DNA of 64,000 nt from Mustelus asterias. Lineage: Eukaryota. The notes beneath the pieces were generated by a model. That model did not search any database, had not been told where the DNA came from, and saw only the letters and a program-made list of their open reading frames with translations. Both the position numbers and the translations under genes were made by a program. Location: positions 48,856,001-48,920,000 of the forward strand of contig NC_135809.1 in assembly GCF_964213995.1 (NCBI RefSeq), written 5' to 3'. This document shows positions 1 to 13,152 of the stretch, in pieces (position 1 is the stretch's first letter; the number at the start of each line of letters is the position of its first letter).

Positions 1-365
1 ATGCATACCATCACATCATTTTAATGATTTCAATGAGAGTAGTGCAATTAGTTTATTGGTAGAGAAATAAATACGTGATATAATTTCTTTCATGTAAATT
101 CCGAATTAAACAATAGCAATGTTTTGAGGCTGAAAGGTGAAAATGCTGAAGGTTATTTCAATAATCAACAATAAATTTGCAAAAACTTCACCTGAAACAA
201 ACAAACTAAAGTAACAAAAGTTTGATAAGGAAGGAAGATTGAAAGTAACAAAAGACCAGGTCCTTATTAAGATAGTAGGTAATGAAAAATTCAGCATTAT
301 TTCCACATTGTAGTTGCTGTAAAGGTGAAGATCTCAGCTTTCTCAACACTTTCCCACATCTGTTA

Positions 366-668
366 AAAGTTTATTTATTAGTGTCACAAGTAGGCTTACA
401 TTAACACTGCAATGAAGTTACTGTGAAAATCCTCTAGTCGCCACACTCCGGCGCCTGTTCGGGTACACTGAGGGAGAATTTAGAATGGCCAATGCACCTA
501 ACCAGCACGTCTTTCAGACTGTGGGAGAAAACCGGAGCACCTGGAGAAAACCCACGCAGACACAGGGAGAATGTGCAAACTCCGCACAGGCAGTGACCCA
601 AGCCAGGATTCGAACCCGAGTCCCTGGCACTGTGAGGCAGCGGTATTAACCACTGTGCCATCATGCCG
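366..668 (-). mobile_element. V-SINE with alternative tail (type B)
   Basis: Same head and core as type A, but tail ...GGCGACTAGxGGATTTTCACAGTAACTTCATTGCAGTGTTAATGTAAGCCTACTTGTGACACTAATAAATAAACT. Other copies at 22816-23100 (+), 41300-41594 (-) and 63541-63838 (-). Confidence 0.9.
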
Positions 669-1937
669 CAAGGCTGGAAAGGTGATTGGCTGACATCGTA
701 AAAAATTAATAAATTTTTTGCAAGATTAATGCAAGGGTAGATGTCAGCACCACTTCAGCCTGATTAAACTGGAACATCATTACTTTTCAAAATTTTTGGA
801 ATGTGAATCTGACTATTTTTCACAAGTATTATGGATAAAATAAATTTCATTACAAGAATTGAACCATATTTCTAACCTGAGGTAGTATGAACTGTGCCAC
901 TTAACCAGTTCACTCAATTTGCATACTTGGGGATTTTTACTTTAAATATTGCGTTCATAACCACACAGTGCTCTTGTGGAATTTGGACTTCAATGGCAGG
1001 ATTTTGTGTTTTAGGTTGGAACTGCCGCCAAGGTTAAATGGAGGCCATGACCCTGCGCTGGCCAATTCTAGAAAAGTCACTGATTAGTGGCCAGAAGACA
1101 TGGTTGCTTTCAAATTAGGAGAGGCAGGTCATTCCTCAAAACAGAGGTCCAATCATAGGCCTGCAGTTCAAGGGAGAGAGAAAAGGTGCCTTGAGGCACC
1201 CTCACTCCAATTTCAATTTAAAAAATGACCTCAGCAGCTGGGCCACCATTGTGGAGGGGAAATCCTCCAAAATAGCGGAGAGGCCTTCATAGCCTACCTG
1301 GACCGCTGTCCCCAGTCTGCCACCAGCAGGCCATCTCTGGGCAGCTGGCCTGGTCCCTGAACCACAGGGAACCAGTTGGCTTCTGAGAATAGAACTCAAT
1401 TGGCTTTAAACTCCCCTTAATTGGGTGTACTTGCCACTTACCATTTGTGACCCCCATCCTGCATCTAGGAAAATGACCTGTAGATAGGATGGTGACATGA
1501 AACTGATGCATTGGCTAGCGATGTGAGTTTTCCTGCCCAGCTCCGTACTCACCCCATACGAGGGCAAAAATTCAGTGCAATGTGTAATAACTGGTTGCTG
1601 CTAGTGCAGGATGTTTTGGAGGAACTGAACTGGGAAGCCAATTCGCAAAGTGTAATTTTCCCATAAATTAATATGTTTGAACTACTTTAGTACACGACCA
1701 TAGGTCCTGCAAACAAGAACAAGAGTTCTAGATAAAATAAAACAGTGTAATCATCTTTTCCTCTTGCTATTTGCTATTATATTGTTCCATCAAGGGGTAC
1801 CAAAGGTAGAGTTCAGTAAATATCTAATTTCCATACACCTACTCCTGACCAATAATTCACTGCTTTAATTGATCAAAGAAATACAAATAAAATGTGGTTA
1901 TGCATTAAATTATTTAACATATTAAAATAACATTGAC

Positions 1938-2113
1938 CTTATTCAAAAGATTCTGAATTAGCTTTGGTCCAGTTTCCTTAGCAGCATCAAATTTGTGCCG
2001 AGAAATTGATGCAATGAGCTGTGCTTCTTGTTCCAGGAGTGTGTACAGAGCTGCTTTTCTCTCCGGTCCAGTAAGGGTACGGTTTATGTTACTCAGCTCC
2101 TCTTGTTTCCAAA
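1938..2113 (-). CDS. IQUB: IQUB exon (VWKQEELSNINRTLTGPERKAALYTLLEQE...LLNK); gene continues off the window
   Basis: tatttag|TTTGG...AAG|gtcaat. 176 nt, phase 1-0. Conserved ERKAAL motif. Confidence 0.92.
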
Positions 2114-2286
2114 CTAAATACACATAGACAGAGCACATAAAGACAATCTCATTTTTCAGTCTCACTGCAAGCATGAGCACCAGCAACAAATAATCAAATA
2201 AAATAATCAGAACAAGTATGTAAAATAACAAAAACAGAGCTAGAATTTTGAACTGAAAATGAATGCCGCCTCTGAATTGAGACAAA

Positions 2287-2845
2287 GGGCAAGATTTTCC
2301 TGGAAATTAGCAGCAGGCCGGCACTGTGCAGGAAAAGCAGCATTGAAGCCGCCAACAGCAACTGCGACTTTCTCTGCTGTATATTGCAGGACTGGGAAAA
2401 AAACATCAAGCGGCAGGCGCCACAGTGTATTGCTGAGGGAGCGGCCTCTGATTTGCCTGTCCTACCAGCAGCTCAGTAACACAAAGATCGGGGGCCCCTA
2501 TTTTAAAGGCCACCGAAGTGCAAAGAAGTTCACCCCGGCACCACCCTCTGACACTGACAGGGGCAGAGCCCAGGAAGTGCCAGGGCATGACCCTCTCCCG
2601 CAATGATGCACTCACTTGAACTTCCCTGTGAAGTCTGCGTGCCAGGTGCACGCATTGGGAAACCAGTCTGCATTTCACGCCAACATGCATGGAGTTTCTG
2701 TCTGGGAGGGGATGATTCAGGCATAGCTGCCTATTAATGACCGTAAATAATGTTCCCAATGTTCCCTGACGTGGGGAGGGGACAATATTTTCCACTCTCC
2801 ATCGCCCAACCTACCCGACGTGATCATGGATGGAAAATCCCAGCC
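2287..2845. mobile_element. Non-autonomous TIR element (same TIR family)
   Basis: GGGCAAGATTTTCC...GGAAAATCCCAGCC ends; GC-rich interior. Similar elements at ~995-1578 and 60804-61013. Confidence 0.55.
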
Positions 2846-2946
2846 AAATGTTTTGAATTTAAGCATACATAACATTTATAACAAAAAAAGATGATGCATA
2901 TACTACAGGTGGCATGATCAATGCCTACCTTGAAGCCACAACATAC

Positions 2947-3157
2947 CTTCCAATGCATGAAAAAGGAGATCAAAATCTTCTTTTGTCTTCGGATTCATCC
3001 TTCTTTCATACTGCCTCTTTATGTAATTTTGCTTTTCCAATTTAATTTTCAATTCTTGTTCCTGTTCCCATTGCACCCTCCTATTCTTTTGCATTCTCAG
3101 TTGCTGAACATAATTCTTCGCAGCCCAGCGTCTAAAGTAGGTCTGCAGCACAATTGT
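2947..3157 (-). CDS. IQUB: IQUB IQ-motif exon ([14 protein letters not shown]...[19 protein letters not shown])
   Basis: IQ calmodulin-binding-type motif [11 protein letters not shown] followed by coiled coil. 211 nt, phase 0-1. Confidence 0.95.
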
Positions 3158-3311
3158 CTAAATAAAGAGAAACAAATATAGCTAAGCATCAGATTGTATA
3201 TCAGCAAATTGTAGGTTTCCATTAATGCTGGCATCTCCTAGAATAAGGATTTTGTAAAGGTTTATTTCGATACTGCTATCATAACAACTCATCAGTTGTC
3301 ACAATTCCGTA

Positions 3312-3394
3312 CAAAATCATAGAAAGTTAAGCTACTGAGAAAATTATTAAATTGTTTAATAATTTTCTCAGTAGCTTAACTTTCTATGATTTTG
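3312..3394. repeat. Perfect 40-bp inverted repeat with 3-nt loop
   Basis: 3312-3351 is the exact reverse complement of 3355-3394. Confidence 0.95.
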
Positions 3395-6039
3395 GAGCAG
3401 AAGAGCAACGTTTTGAGAGAACAATTAATACTCGAACACAATTAATAGTACAAATAACACATTAACTTCTCCCCTTCAAATCAAAACTCAAATATAATTT
3501 CACTCTAGAATTTCTCTCTGGTGCCACATTAAAATATAATCCCCCTAATTCATTGAAACAAATCTTCTGAATCAATTTGAATGTAATATATTAAAATGAC
3601 ATAGAGGTACTGAATAAAGTTCAAAAGGGTTGGTATCAGAACTGGGAGATCATAGCTATTGGGATAGATTAAAAAGGTTGAAGTTTGTTTCTTTCGGAAA
3701 GACTTGGTGATGCCAGAAGAGGCCTTTAAAATTATGAATGGGTTTGGACAGGGTCGATCTGGAGAGAATGTTTCCAACAGTGGCAGCATGAATATAAGAA
3801 TGTTAGTAATAAATCCAATAGGGAATAAAGAGATATTTCTTAACTCAGAGTGGTCAGAGTTTGCACTTTCTACCTGGTTGAAATAAACAACTTAACTGCT
3901 TTCTGAAGGAAACTGGACAATGTAAGAGAAATGGGAGTAGAAAGAAATTCTGACTAGTGAGAGGCGTATTAAATAGGAGTGGATTCAGAAAGGGTATATT
4001 AAGTTTGCATTAAGCCTTGGTTAAACAAATGTTGAACAGTTCTGGGCTCCATATTATAAAAAGAACATTGAGGCACAGGAGAAGGTGTAAAAAAGATTTA
4101 CTAGAATTATATCAAAACAGAGAGCTTATAGCTATCAATAAAGGTCAAATAGGCTGGGACACTTTTTTTAGAATAGGTAAGACTGAGGGTGACCTGATGG
4201 AGGTGTTTAAGCTTAATAAAAGGTTTGATAGCATAGATACAGAGAAAATGCTTCCATTTGGAGGCATTTGGGTGGGATTTTCTGGCTGTGCTCGCTCTAA
4301 AACCGGAAAATCCTGCCTGAGGTCAACAGACCTTTGCATGATCCGCCCCGCTACGATTCCTGTGACGGAAGGGTTGGGAAAATTCCCCCCATTTGTGTTC
4401 TTCTGTAAGGCCAGAGCTAAGTGCCATAAATTTTAGATAGTAACACAAATAAATCCAATCGGGAATGCAGGAGAAACCTCTTTACCCAGGCAGTGGTTAG
4501 AATCTGGAACCTGCTATCATAGGCAGTAGACTAGCATTGGTGCATTTAAAAGGAGGCTACGTAAACAATTAAGGGAGAAAGGAATAGAAAGGCATGTTGA
4601 TGGAGTTAGATGACGGAGCTGGAAGGAGGCTCATGTGGAGTATAAACATCAGTGTAAATTTGTTGGATTAAATAGCCTCTTTCTGTGCAGCTTACTTATG
4701 TAATTCTATGTAATATTTAGCAAAGGAACATGAGTAGGTAATTTGACAATTTTAGATTGGGATCTTCTGGTTTTGAACACTCAGAACAGAAAGTTAGTAG
4801 CATGCATGCACCACATAATCCAGAACACACATTGTATAAACTCAAAAGCATATCCTGCCCCTTTGTCTGCTTTTCACAATGTAAATACATTCAGAACTTG
4901 GGATTTAACTCCTAGAATTCGCTCTCTCATTCTAATCTGAACCTTTTGCCACCTATTAATTTTCTGTAAAAATGATCTCTGAACCATACATGCTCCATTG
5001 CAAATATGTCTTTACCGGTGATTTATCCATATTTAGAATAACTTGTTTTGCTTTATGGAAGGAAATTTCCCAAGAATGTGCTGGTATCAAGGAACCAGCA
5101 GCACCTATGGATAAACATCCTCTAGTTCCATTAGCCTTTGTTTCCTTGATGAGTTTCACATATGGAACTTTACAAGAAGTCTTTTGAACTCCAATTGGTT
5201 ATTATTCACTGGATTATGAAATATTGCCCCTTAAGTCCTTCAGATCAACATGGCAGCACACCATATAATGTTGCGAAGTATCTCTTCCACAAATGCTGCA
5301 AAGGTAACTGGACTTAATCTTTGCATTCATGGCTGCAATGTTTCTGGGGTTTTTTAAAACCATTTTTTCTAAAGAATGAAGTTGGAATAAGATTTACTTT
5401 TAGTAATGGCTTTTAAAAAGCTATACAGGCATTATCACGTGTTTAAATAAAAAAGAGGTACGCAGATAAAGGATGGTTAACCTGCTGTTTGAAAGTTGCT
5501 TTTCCCAATAGCTGCTTTTCCCAATAGCTGATCAATAAATGATCCAATAGTTTTCTTGGCTATTTGAAAATCTACCTTTCAGTGTTGTGTTGGAGATCTC
5601 TTAACCTGTGAAAGTGACAAGCTTTTAATACAGATCGAGGGGCGTTTATGATAAGAACTCAAGCACCTGAGAAGGCGGTCAGGCATTTGGAAACAGGCTG
5701 CTGCACTGAGACTCAGGCAGCAAAACACAAAGAGCTGCACAGATAATTGCAGTGGGCACTGATCTCTCCATCCCTGTGCTCTTAGTTTTTGCTTGATATT
5801 TCGCTACATAGACTATTGTTGGCACACTGTGACACAGCACGTTAGAGTATTAACACCCAGAAAACATGTTAAATATAATTTGTGTAACTATTATCCATGA
5901 GGGTTACTTGGTGCAACGAAAACAACAAATTGATATTTTCTTGTCATCTGTGGGACTAGATAAACTAGGAAGTTAGGTATCTGATCTTGAAATTTAGAAG
6001 TCGCTTACAATGTAGCCAGTAAACGTAATTAAAACTCAC

Positions 6040-6195
6040 CGCTTTCAACCTACAGGCATGGTATTCTGCAGCAGTGAAATACTTTCCTGGAGTAATCAAT
6101 TTATCTGTGACATTGGACACATAACAACCAATTTTGGTCATCTGTGTGGAGGTGTGATTTGTTGTTTGTTGACATTGTTTCTTGTTAGAAATTGT
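6040..6195 (-). CDS. IQUB: IQUB exon ([52 protein letters not shown])
   Basis: ctatttag|ACA...GCG|gtgagt. 156 nt. Conserved STQMT/PGKYF motifs. Confidence 0.95.
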
Positions 6196-7435
6196 CTAAA
6201 TAGAAAAGGTAACATTTATTGTGAAATTTGCAAAAAGGTGAAAATAAACATTTATTACAAGAAGTGAAATTTATGGAGAACAAAATCATGAATCCACTTT
6301 TTCTTTTCTCATTAACAGATTACATCTTTGCATATTTCGGCCATTATTAATTATGTTCGTTTATTCTGGAAACAATAGAGCCAATTTCCCAAGACTGTCA
6401 AGCAGCCAGCATATTAATAGTCAAAAGCACACCAAAGAAGAACAAGAGCAACAATTTATATTTATATGACATCTTTAATGTACTAAAACATCCCAAAGAA
6501 CTTCCCAGGACCATTACAAAGCAAAATATGACCAGAGTCACATAAGGTAATATTAGAGCAGACTAGTTAAAGAGATAGATGTTAAGGAATGTCCTAACGG
6601 AGGAAATAGAGGTAGAAAGCTTTATGGAGGGAATCCCAGAACTTAAGAAAAATTACTTTTGCTACAGACCAATAAAAGTATCAATAAATGGACCATTTAA
6701 AGTCAAGTCATTGCTTGTCTGGTGTGACGCTACTGTGCCTTTAAGAAAGATATTTTAATCATGTCCTCTGCAGTTATAAATAGCCTTGTTTTTTTCTTTT
6801 CATTGTGGTACTGAGCTGACCTTGGAGTTTCTGACCTGGATTATAACATTAGGAATCAACATAGATCAATGAGTACAGGGGAGATGGGTGACGAGAAGTG
6901 GTTCAGATTGGGGCATGGGCAGCAATGTTTGAATTACCTTAAGTTTCCCAAAAGTAGATATAGGAGGCTGGCCGGGGGTGCATTAAAGTAACACAGTCTA
7001 GAAATATAGTCTAGAGGCAAGGACAAAGTCGATGATATTACAAAAGGAGAATAAGGTGGTAGGAAGCTCATCGTGTCAAATTAAAATGACAAAGCCTCCT
7101 GTCACCTTATCTATTCCAGTAGGGCAAAAAGCTCTCAACATTTTATTTGCTGGACTTGCACTGGAATACAGCATTTTATCTAGGGAATGGAAAATTTTAA
7201 AACAAATGCCCTCACTACTTTATGTGAATTTCTTGCCACTATTTTAAAAAAGTGTTGAAATTAGCATTGAAACTGCATGCCCATTCCCAAAGAGATTCCT
7301 GATAGGAAAATACTTTTGTAAAGGATGTGGAATTTTTCCTAAAAGTAGGAAACTTTTTACAAAACAAATTGATAAATAAAAGCTTTTCCATTTTTTTAAA
7401 AAAATCAAACATTTTACACAAGTGCTCCATTCTAC

Positions 7436-7611
7436 CTGTGTCTCCCTGCAGAACATCTCTACACGACAGTTTGTTCTCCTTTTGCGTGGAGTCTGTGTTC
7501 CAGCGTGATGGAATTCTGTTCCTGTAAGTTTGTGTTTGAAGCCACCTAGAAAAGGCTTGTGATAGGGAGGTCTTTCAATTTCTACCACCACACAGTAACA
7601 CATCCCGTCAT
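7436..7611 (-). CDS. IQUB: IQUB exon (DDGMCYCVVVEIERPPYHKPFLGGFKHKLTGTEFHHAGTQT...CRETQ)
   Basis: Hallmark IQUB motif KPFLGGFxHKxTGxExHxAGTQT. Canonical splice sites; 176 nt, phase 1-0. Confidence 0.95.
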
Positions 7612-8091
7612 CTACAAGAAATCCATGTTACATTTTTCTTGAAAAGAAGAATTTCCGAATATCCATTTGTTTGCAAATAATCCTTTTTAACCAGTGTGTT
7701 TTTCTCCAATAATTTGGTTTAATGACGTTTGAAAAATAGACATAGTGACTGTATAGTCACTAGGCACCTTAGTTTCTTGTTTTAACTGTAATAAATACCT
7801 CACTACAAATGAAGAACATAAACATACACAAGATTAATTAAGTTCAACACTTGTGCTGTTCATGAAGTCTGAGGGATTGGATCCAGGAGCTGTTGCTCCC
7901 ATCAGTTATGAGCTTCATTTCAGAAACAAATACAAAATGGATAAAGGGCAATTCTTTCCTTGGAAGGGGGGAGGGTGGAGTTAGCCCATCCAAATACGGT
8001 TTCTGTCACCTGATATATTATCCCCCACTTGCATAATAACACACCTAGTTACGTAAGTGGCCCCACGTGCTCATGTTTCATAACCACAGTT

Positions 8092-8424
8092 AGAATCATA
8101 GCATCATAGAATCCCTACAGTGCAGAAGGAGGCCATTCGGCCCATCGAGTCTGCACCGACCACAATCCCACCCAGGCCCTATTCCCATAACCCCACATAT
8201 TTACCATGCTAATCCCCCTGACACTAGTGTCAGTTTAGCATGGCTAGTCAACCTAACCTGAACATCTTTTGAGTGGGAGAGGAAACCAAAGCACCCCGAG
8301 GAAACCCATGCAGACACGGGGAGAATGTGCAAACTCCACACGGATAGTGACCCAAGGCCAGAATTGAACACGGTCCCTGGCGCTGTGAGGCAGCAGTGCT
8401 AACCACTGTGCCACCGTGCCACCC
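8092..8424 (-). mobile_element. HE1-like SINE type A
   Basis: Reverse complement of the 25518 element. Further type A copies at 15216-15540 (-), 37958-38230 (+), 43225-43443 (+, truncated) and 62136-62460 (-). Confidence 0.9.
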
Positions 8425-8989
8425 TATAAAAGTTCTATAAAATAAATTAAAATATTTGGTATTCAATGAATTATATTAACCAAGTACTAGCATTGCAATT
8501 TTCGATCTTCTCCCAAGTTTTTTGTTGGTGCGGCTTGTAGAGTAAAAACTTAACACCTTATGCTGATATAACTATGATGCAATGTTACATGATTAATAAC
8601 AGAGATATGGAGGGAATGGATAGAATGGATTTTCGGAGTCTTTTTCCCAGGGTAGAAATAGCAATTACTAGGGGACATAGGTTTAAGGTAAAAGGGGTTA
8701 AGTTTAAAGGAAATGTGAGGGGCAAATTTTATTTTTACAGAGGGTGGTAAGTGACTGGAATGCACTGCCAGAGGAGGTGGTAGAAGCAGATATAATAACA
8801 ATATTTAAGAGACAGCTTGACATACACATAAATAGGCAGGGAATAGAGGGATACGGGTGGCATAGAGGCAAAAGGTCTTTAGTTTAGAAAGGTGTCATGT
8901 GTCGGCACTGGCCTGGTGGGCTGAAGGGCCTGTTCCAATGCTGTACTGTTTTTGTACATCAGTGGTTCTCTCTCCAGTACCCATACAGA

Positions 8990-9800
8990 CAAAGTGGTGT
9001 TCTGGAATGGTCAGAGTCCTAAAGCCTAGTGAGTCAATTCAAATCTGTGTTTGAATTGATTCAATTAAACAAATCTGTGGAACATGAGATCCATTCGATG
9101 GCAAGAGTGCATGAGTGCCTTGCCAAATTAGCTAAAAGTATCCTATTTATCAAATTAGATATCAACAGCAGCTTTTGGCAGTTGTCTCTAGACAAAGAAT
9201 GCAGACTATTGACCACTTCTTTCATGCCATTTGGTCATTATTGCTTTCATAGATCATCAGTCAGAATTTCTCTGCACCAGAAATATTCCACAGCACAATA
9301 TTTCAGACCCTAGAAGGCACAGAGGGAGTAATATGCATTTGGACAGCATACTTGTACATGGTTCCTCAAGTGGAGAACATGACCGAAGAGTGAAAGCTGT
9401 CCTCATAGTTTTACAGGATGCAGGTTTGACATTGAATGAGAAATGTGAATTTGCAAAGCCTATGATTAAATTCTAGGGCACACTGTACTTGTTTCAGGAA
9501 TAAGAGTTTACCCATAGAAAAGTAAGGTGATTAGAGAGTTAACACCCTCTGTGAAGTCTTGGACTTTGTGGGGAGTTGTAAGAGATGTATACAATTGGCA
9601 TAAGAACTTGTGGGAGATATAGAGTCAAGGGTTAACATCAGAAGCACCTGATACTGATGTAACCATGGTGCAATGTCACATGATTAAGTAACAGCCTGGA
9701 GGGAAGGAGAAGTCCGACCTCATGCAGAGTTACTGAGATGCACATGGAGTTGAAAAATAATGGTAATTTAAACAAACTTCAGTCTTAATTAGTCTTCTTA
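8990..9800 (+). mobile_element. Gypsy/Ty3 reverse transcriptase remnant with LTR-like tail
   Basis: LNKSV...LAKLAKSILFIKLDINSSFWQLSLDKECRLLTT...PFGHYCFHR and HLDSILVHGSS...LQDAGLTLNEKCEF; frameshifted. Confidence 0.85.
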
Positions 9801-10512
9801 GGGAAACAGACAAGCCCGAAAGAACACCATCTAGATCCTGAACAGAAGATGAAGCGCAGCTTGAGCAGGTAAGCGAAACCTATATTTTGATTTTCCCTCA
9901 CCATTCTTCCCTTCAAAAACCAAATGACAATTCAGCTGAGAATGAAAGTTTGAGTGAGAAATTGCAGTACATCTCCTACTATTCCTCAGTACAGCATGTT
10001 TGTACACGAAAACAGCATATGATTGGTTGTTCAAAGACCTTAAGATATCTTTGTGAGACAAAGTGTGCTAACAACCATGGTTCTGAGGCTTCTGGTTCCA
10101 AAATCTACTTTTACTTATACCTGGTCAGATACTTCTGAGCCAGTAACATGGAACAAGCTGTCCACACAGCTTGAATGGAAATGGAGCCAGCAGGTCATCA
10201 TTATAATTTTCAACTCTTTAACAAGAATACTTGCATGAAAATGTGATTGCCCTTTGTAATTAAAATATGGCCTAGTCACAGAATTATTCTCTGTATGCAT
10301 CAAGAATCAAATAAACACAAAACTGATCATATGCCTGCAGTGTCCAGGGTTAAAAAGATACAAAAGGTCAAGAATGAAACAAAAGGTAAATTTTCTCATG
10401 AATTCCTCAAGGATCCTAATTCTTCCATTAAAACATTAATTGCTGTTCAGTTTTGCATTCTTGTACAAATCTAAATCGATTTATCAGGTCTCTAATATCC
10501 CTTTTGCATTAC

Positions 10513-10680
10513 CTGTATGAACTCTGACAGTTATCACATCAGAGGTGGCAGATTCCCGCTGTGGTCTAATTAGTTTGATTGGGAATTTTTCAGGTTCAGT
10601 AGATGCCAGTTCAATCTGAATAGAGCCATGCGGTCTGACTCCTAAATCTACAAGCGTTTCAGAATCCTTAGCCGTTCTGC
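10513..10680 (-). CDS. IQUB: IQUB ubiquitin-like domain exon B (SRTAKDSETLVDLGVRPHGSIQIEL...DVITVRVHT)
   Basis: gttttag|GCAGA...ACAG|gtaatg. 168 nt. ETLVDLGV ubiquitin-like motif. Confidence 0.92.
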
Positions 10681-10860
10681 CTAAAACATAAGAAAATCAA
10701 CACTCAAATTTTCATTAGATGCTGAAGCCTTAGGAATATGTATCAATATGAGGTTCAAAACTTCTGGCATTCATTCAAAATGAAAATTGCACAACATTCC
10801 TAATATAATTAAGAAATGCAAATCCAAATCTTCATGACATTTTAAAAAGTATACGGTTTA

Positions 10861-11180
10861 ACAACTTGTATTTATATAGCACCTTTAACATAATCAAGCA
10901 TCCCAAGGTGCTTCACAGCAGTATTTTAAAGCAAAATTTGACACCATGACACATATGGTGATATGAAGGAGAATGGTCAAAAGCTTGGTCAAAGAGGTAA
11001 GTTTCAAGGAGCACCTTAAAGGAGGAGAGTGGATGAGAGGTTTAGGGAGGAAATTCTGAGCTTAGGGCTTAGGCTGCTGAAGGCAAAGCCACCAATGATA
11101 CAGTCATTAAAATTAGGAATAATATTGGCCTGAATTAGAGGAATGTAGGTATCTCAGAGGATTGTGGGCTAGAGAAGTTT
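10861..11180 (-). mobile_element. Old L2-type 3' end / L2-tailed SINE remnant
   Basis: Minus strand ends ...AAAGGTGCTATATAAATACAAGTTGT. Related tails at ~6449-6650, ~25375-25515 and ~37270-37413. Confidence 0.6.
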
Positions 11181-11389
11181 GGAATTCTGATATGTCATTA
11201 TCTCCAAATAATTTAAGATCATAACATTAAGTCTTTCTAAAGCTTCAGGTTACAAGACCTGTTCCTGTTTGTCTGTAACATGAGAAAGAAGAAATATATA
11301 CTTCAGCCTTCTTCCAGTTATGCCAAGTTTCTTGCACAACAATTTGGCTCTTCAATCAACATATCTCTCAGATTTCTCTGGATACTGGG

Positions 11390-11517
11390 GGGCGGGATTT
11401 TACAGCCTCATTCATTCTGAAACCGTAAAATCACGCTTGAGGTCAACGGGCCTTCTCATTTTCTGCTCCTCGCCTGCTCCGATTCCCGTGGTAGGCGGGG
11501 CGGTAAAATTCCGGCCC
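11390..11517 (+). mobile_element. MITE-like element (Harbinger-type TIRs)
   Basis: TIR GGGCGGGATTTTAC...GTAAAATTCCGGCCC. Homologous copies at 4270-4390 (+) and 20521-20642 (-). Confidence 0.7.
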
Positions 11518-13017
11518 AGGTATCCAAGAATAAAATTGTAGACTTCAACTCTCTAAGCAGTGAAACAGGCATTGGCCTCCGCAACTTCAAACAATCAATA
11601 TCCTGAGCAGAGCTCCATCACAAAACCATCGGTAGGGCAGGCGGGCAAATACTGCCCTGCCAGCAACTCCGAACATTCTTGTACATAAGGTTTACAAGAT
11701 TATGAAAACATCCCACAATAAAGGTAATACTGGGAGGCTGATGGTGCCCATTAGTCAGTATGCCCTCTCCCCACAACAGTGGAGTAACAATCTCTCAAAG
11801 GACTCATTGCAAACTGCTTCAGATCAGATTAAAAAGGCCTCGTTGAAACAGGTAAGCTTCATCCATAAATACATTAAAGAAATCGGGCAGATTTTTATGA
11901 GATTTTTTCTAAGTGTCCGGCTAGCATGAGAACAAGAGAGTTGTTAATCCATTTTTTGGGCGAGTTTTCACTCCCAATTTTATGCACTTAGTATCTGAAC
12001 ATATTGGCTAGTCTGTTTCTAGCCACTAGAGGCTGTGAACGGGGCCTAATTCATCAGATAGCCAGCATCTCAGATCAGAGTCACGAACAAACTGCGCTTG
12101 CACAGAAAAAGCTCAAAAAAGCAGCTCTGCTGAGAGAACACCCCCAGGCCAGATACAGTCTCATCCTCCCACCCCCCCCCCCCCCCTCCCACAGACATTG
12201 GAGGCTCTCCCCCAACATTACTGACCCCCTTACCCACTCCCCCCCCACCCTGGACCGCCTTGCACAAGGCCCCATCATCATCCCCCGGCCCAGATGGCTG
12301 ACAACCCCCTGCCCCACCACCCACCCATCAGTAAACCTGCAAATGCTGACTTGGCTTCATGGTTACAAGGCATGACTGCTTTTAACTCGCTGGAATGCTC
12401 TAACGGGCACCTGACTTGCCCAAACTGTCTGCAGCTGATCTGCCCTAACAAGAGACAGCTCCATAAAAACCCCAAGAATGAACAGGCAGTGCAGGAAGAA
12501 ATGATCTCCAGGAAGACACCTCCCCAGTTTCCAGATGCGGATCTGGCCAGGTTGATGGAGGCAGTGGAGGCAAGGAAGGAAACCCTCTTCCCCCGCCATC
12601 CCAGGGGAAGGGATGGAAATGCAACCTGGGAGGTGGTAGCAGCATGTGTTAGTGCCAGGGCACTGGCCAGGAGAACCGGGAAGCAGTGCTGCAATAAACT
12701 GAATGTCCTAATCATGGCAGCAAGGGTGAGTGTTTTGCCTCATCTAGCATCTTACCCCTAAATGATCCCCCCCACCCCAGCACCCTGCATGCATTCAGCC
12801 CCTGACCCCTCCAAGCACCTCCCCTCTCCCAGCCAAGAGTATCACAACCCTTGCCCTCTGAGGGCCAGCCCCTGAAATCCTGCAGGACTCGTGCCATCAG
12901 ATTTTACATGGCTCCTTTTGTCCCGATGTGGAGATACCGGCGTTGGACTGGGGTAAACACAGTAAGAAGTTTAACAACACCAGGTTAAAGTCCAACAGGT
13001 TTATTTGGTAGCAAATG

Positions 13018-13056
13018 CCACTAGCTTTCGGAACAGGCTGTCCCTTCATCAGATGG
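13018..13056 (-). ncRNA. Minimal type-I hammerhead ribozyme motif (sense to IQUB pre-mRNA)
   Basis: CCAT-CTGATGA-A-GGGACA(GCC)TGTTCC-GAA-AGCT-A-GTGG. Confidence 0.68.
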
Positions 13057-13115
13057 AGTGGAGAAATGCTCACAAACTGTTCGTGAGAATTTCCACTCCA
13101 TCTGACATTTCCACT

Positions 13116-13152
13116 CCATCTGACGAAGGAGCAGCGCTCCGAAAGCTAATGG
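13116..13152 (+). ncRNA. Minimal type-I hammerhead ribozyme motif
   Basis: CCAT-CTGACGA-A-GGAGC(AGC)GCTCC-GAA-AGCT-A-ATGG: helix I CCAT/ATGG, palindromic AGCT helix III, CUA triplet. Confidence 0.72.

Noticed and set aside
434-664. Recurrent ORFs such as LGHCLCGVCTFS and DCGRKPEHPEETHADT
   Set aside because: Translations of SINE copies, not a gene family.
5497-5530. 16-bp tandem duplication TGCTTTTCCCAATAGC
   Set aside because: Ordinary slippage-type micro-duplication with no further signal.
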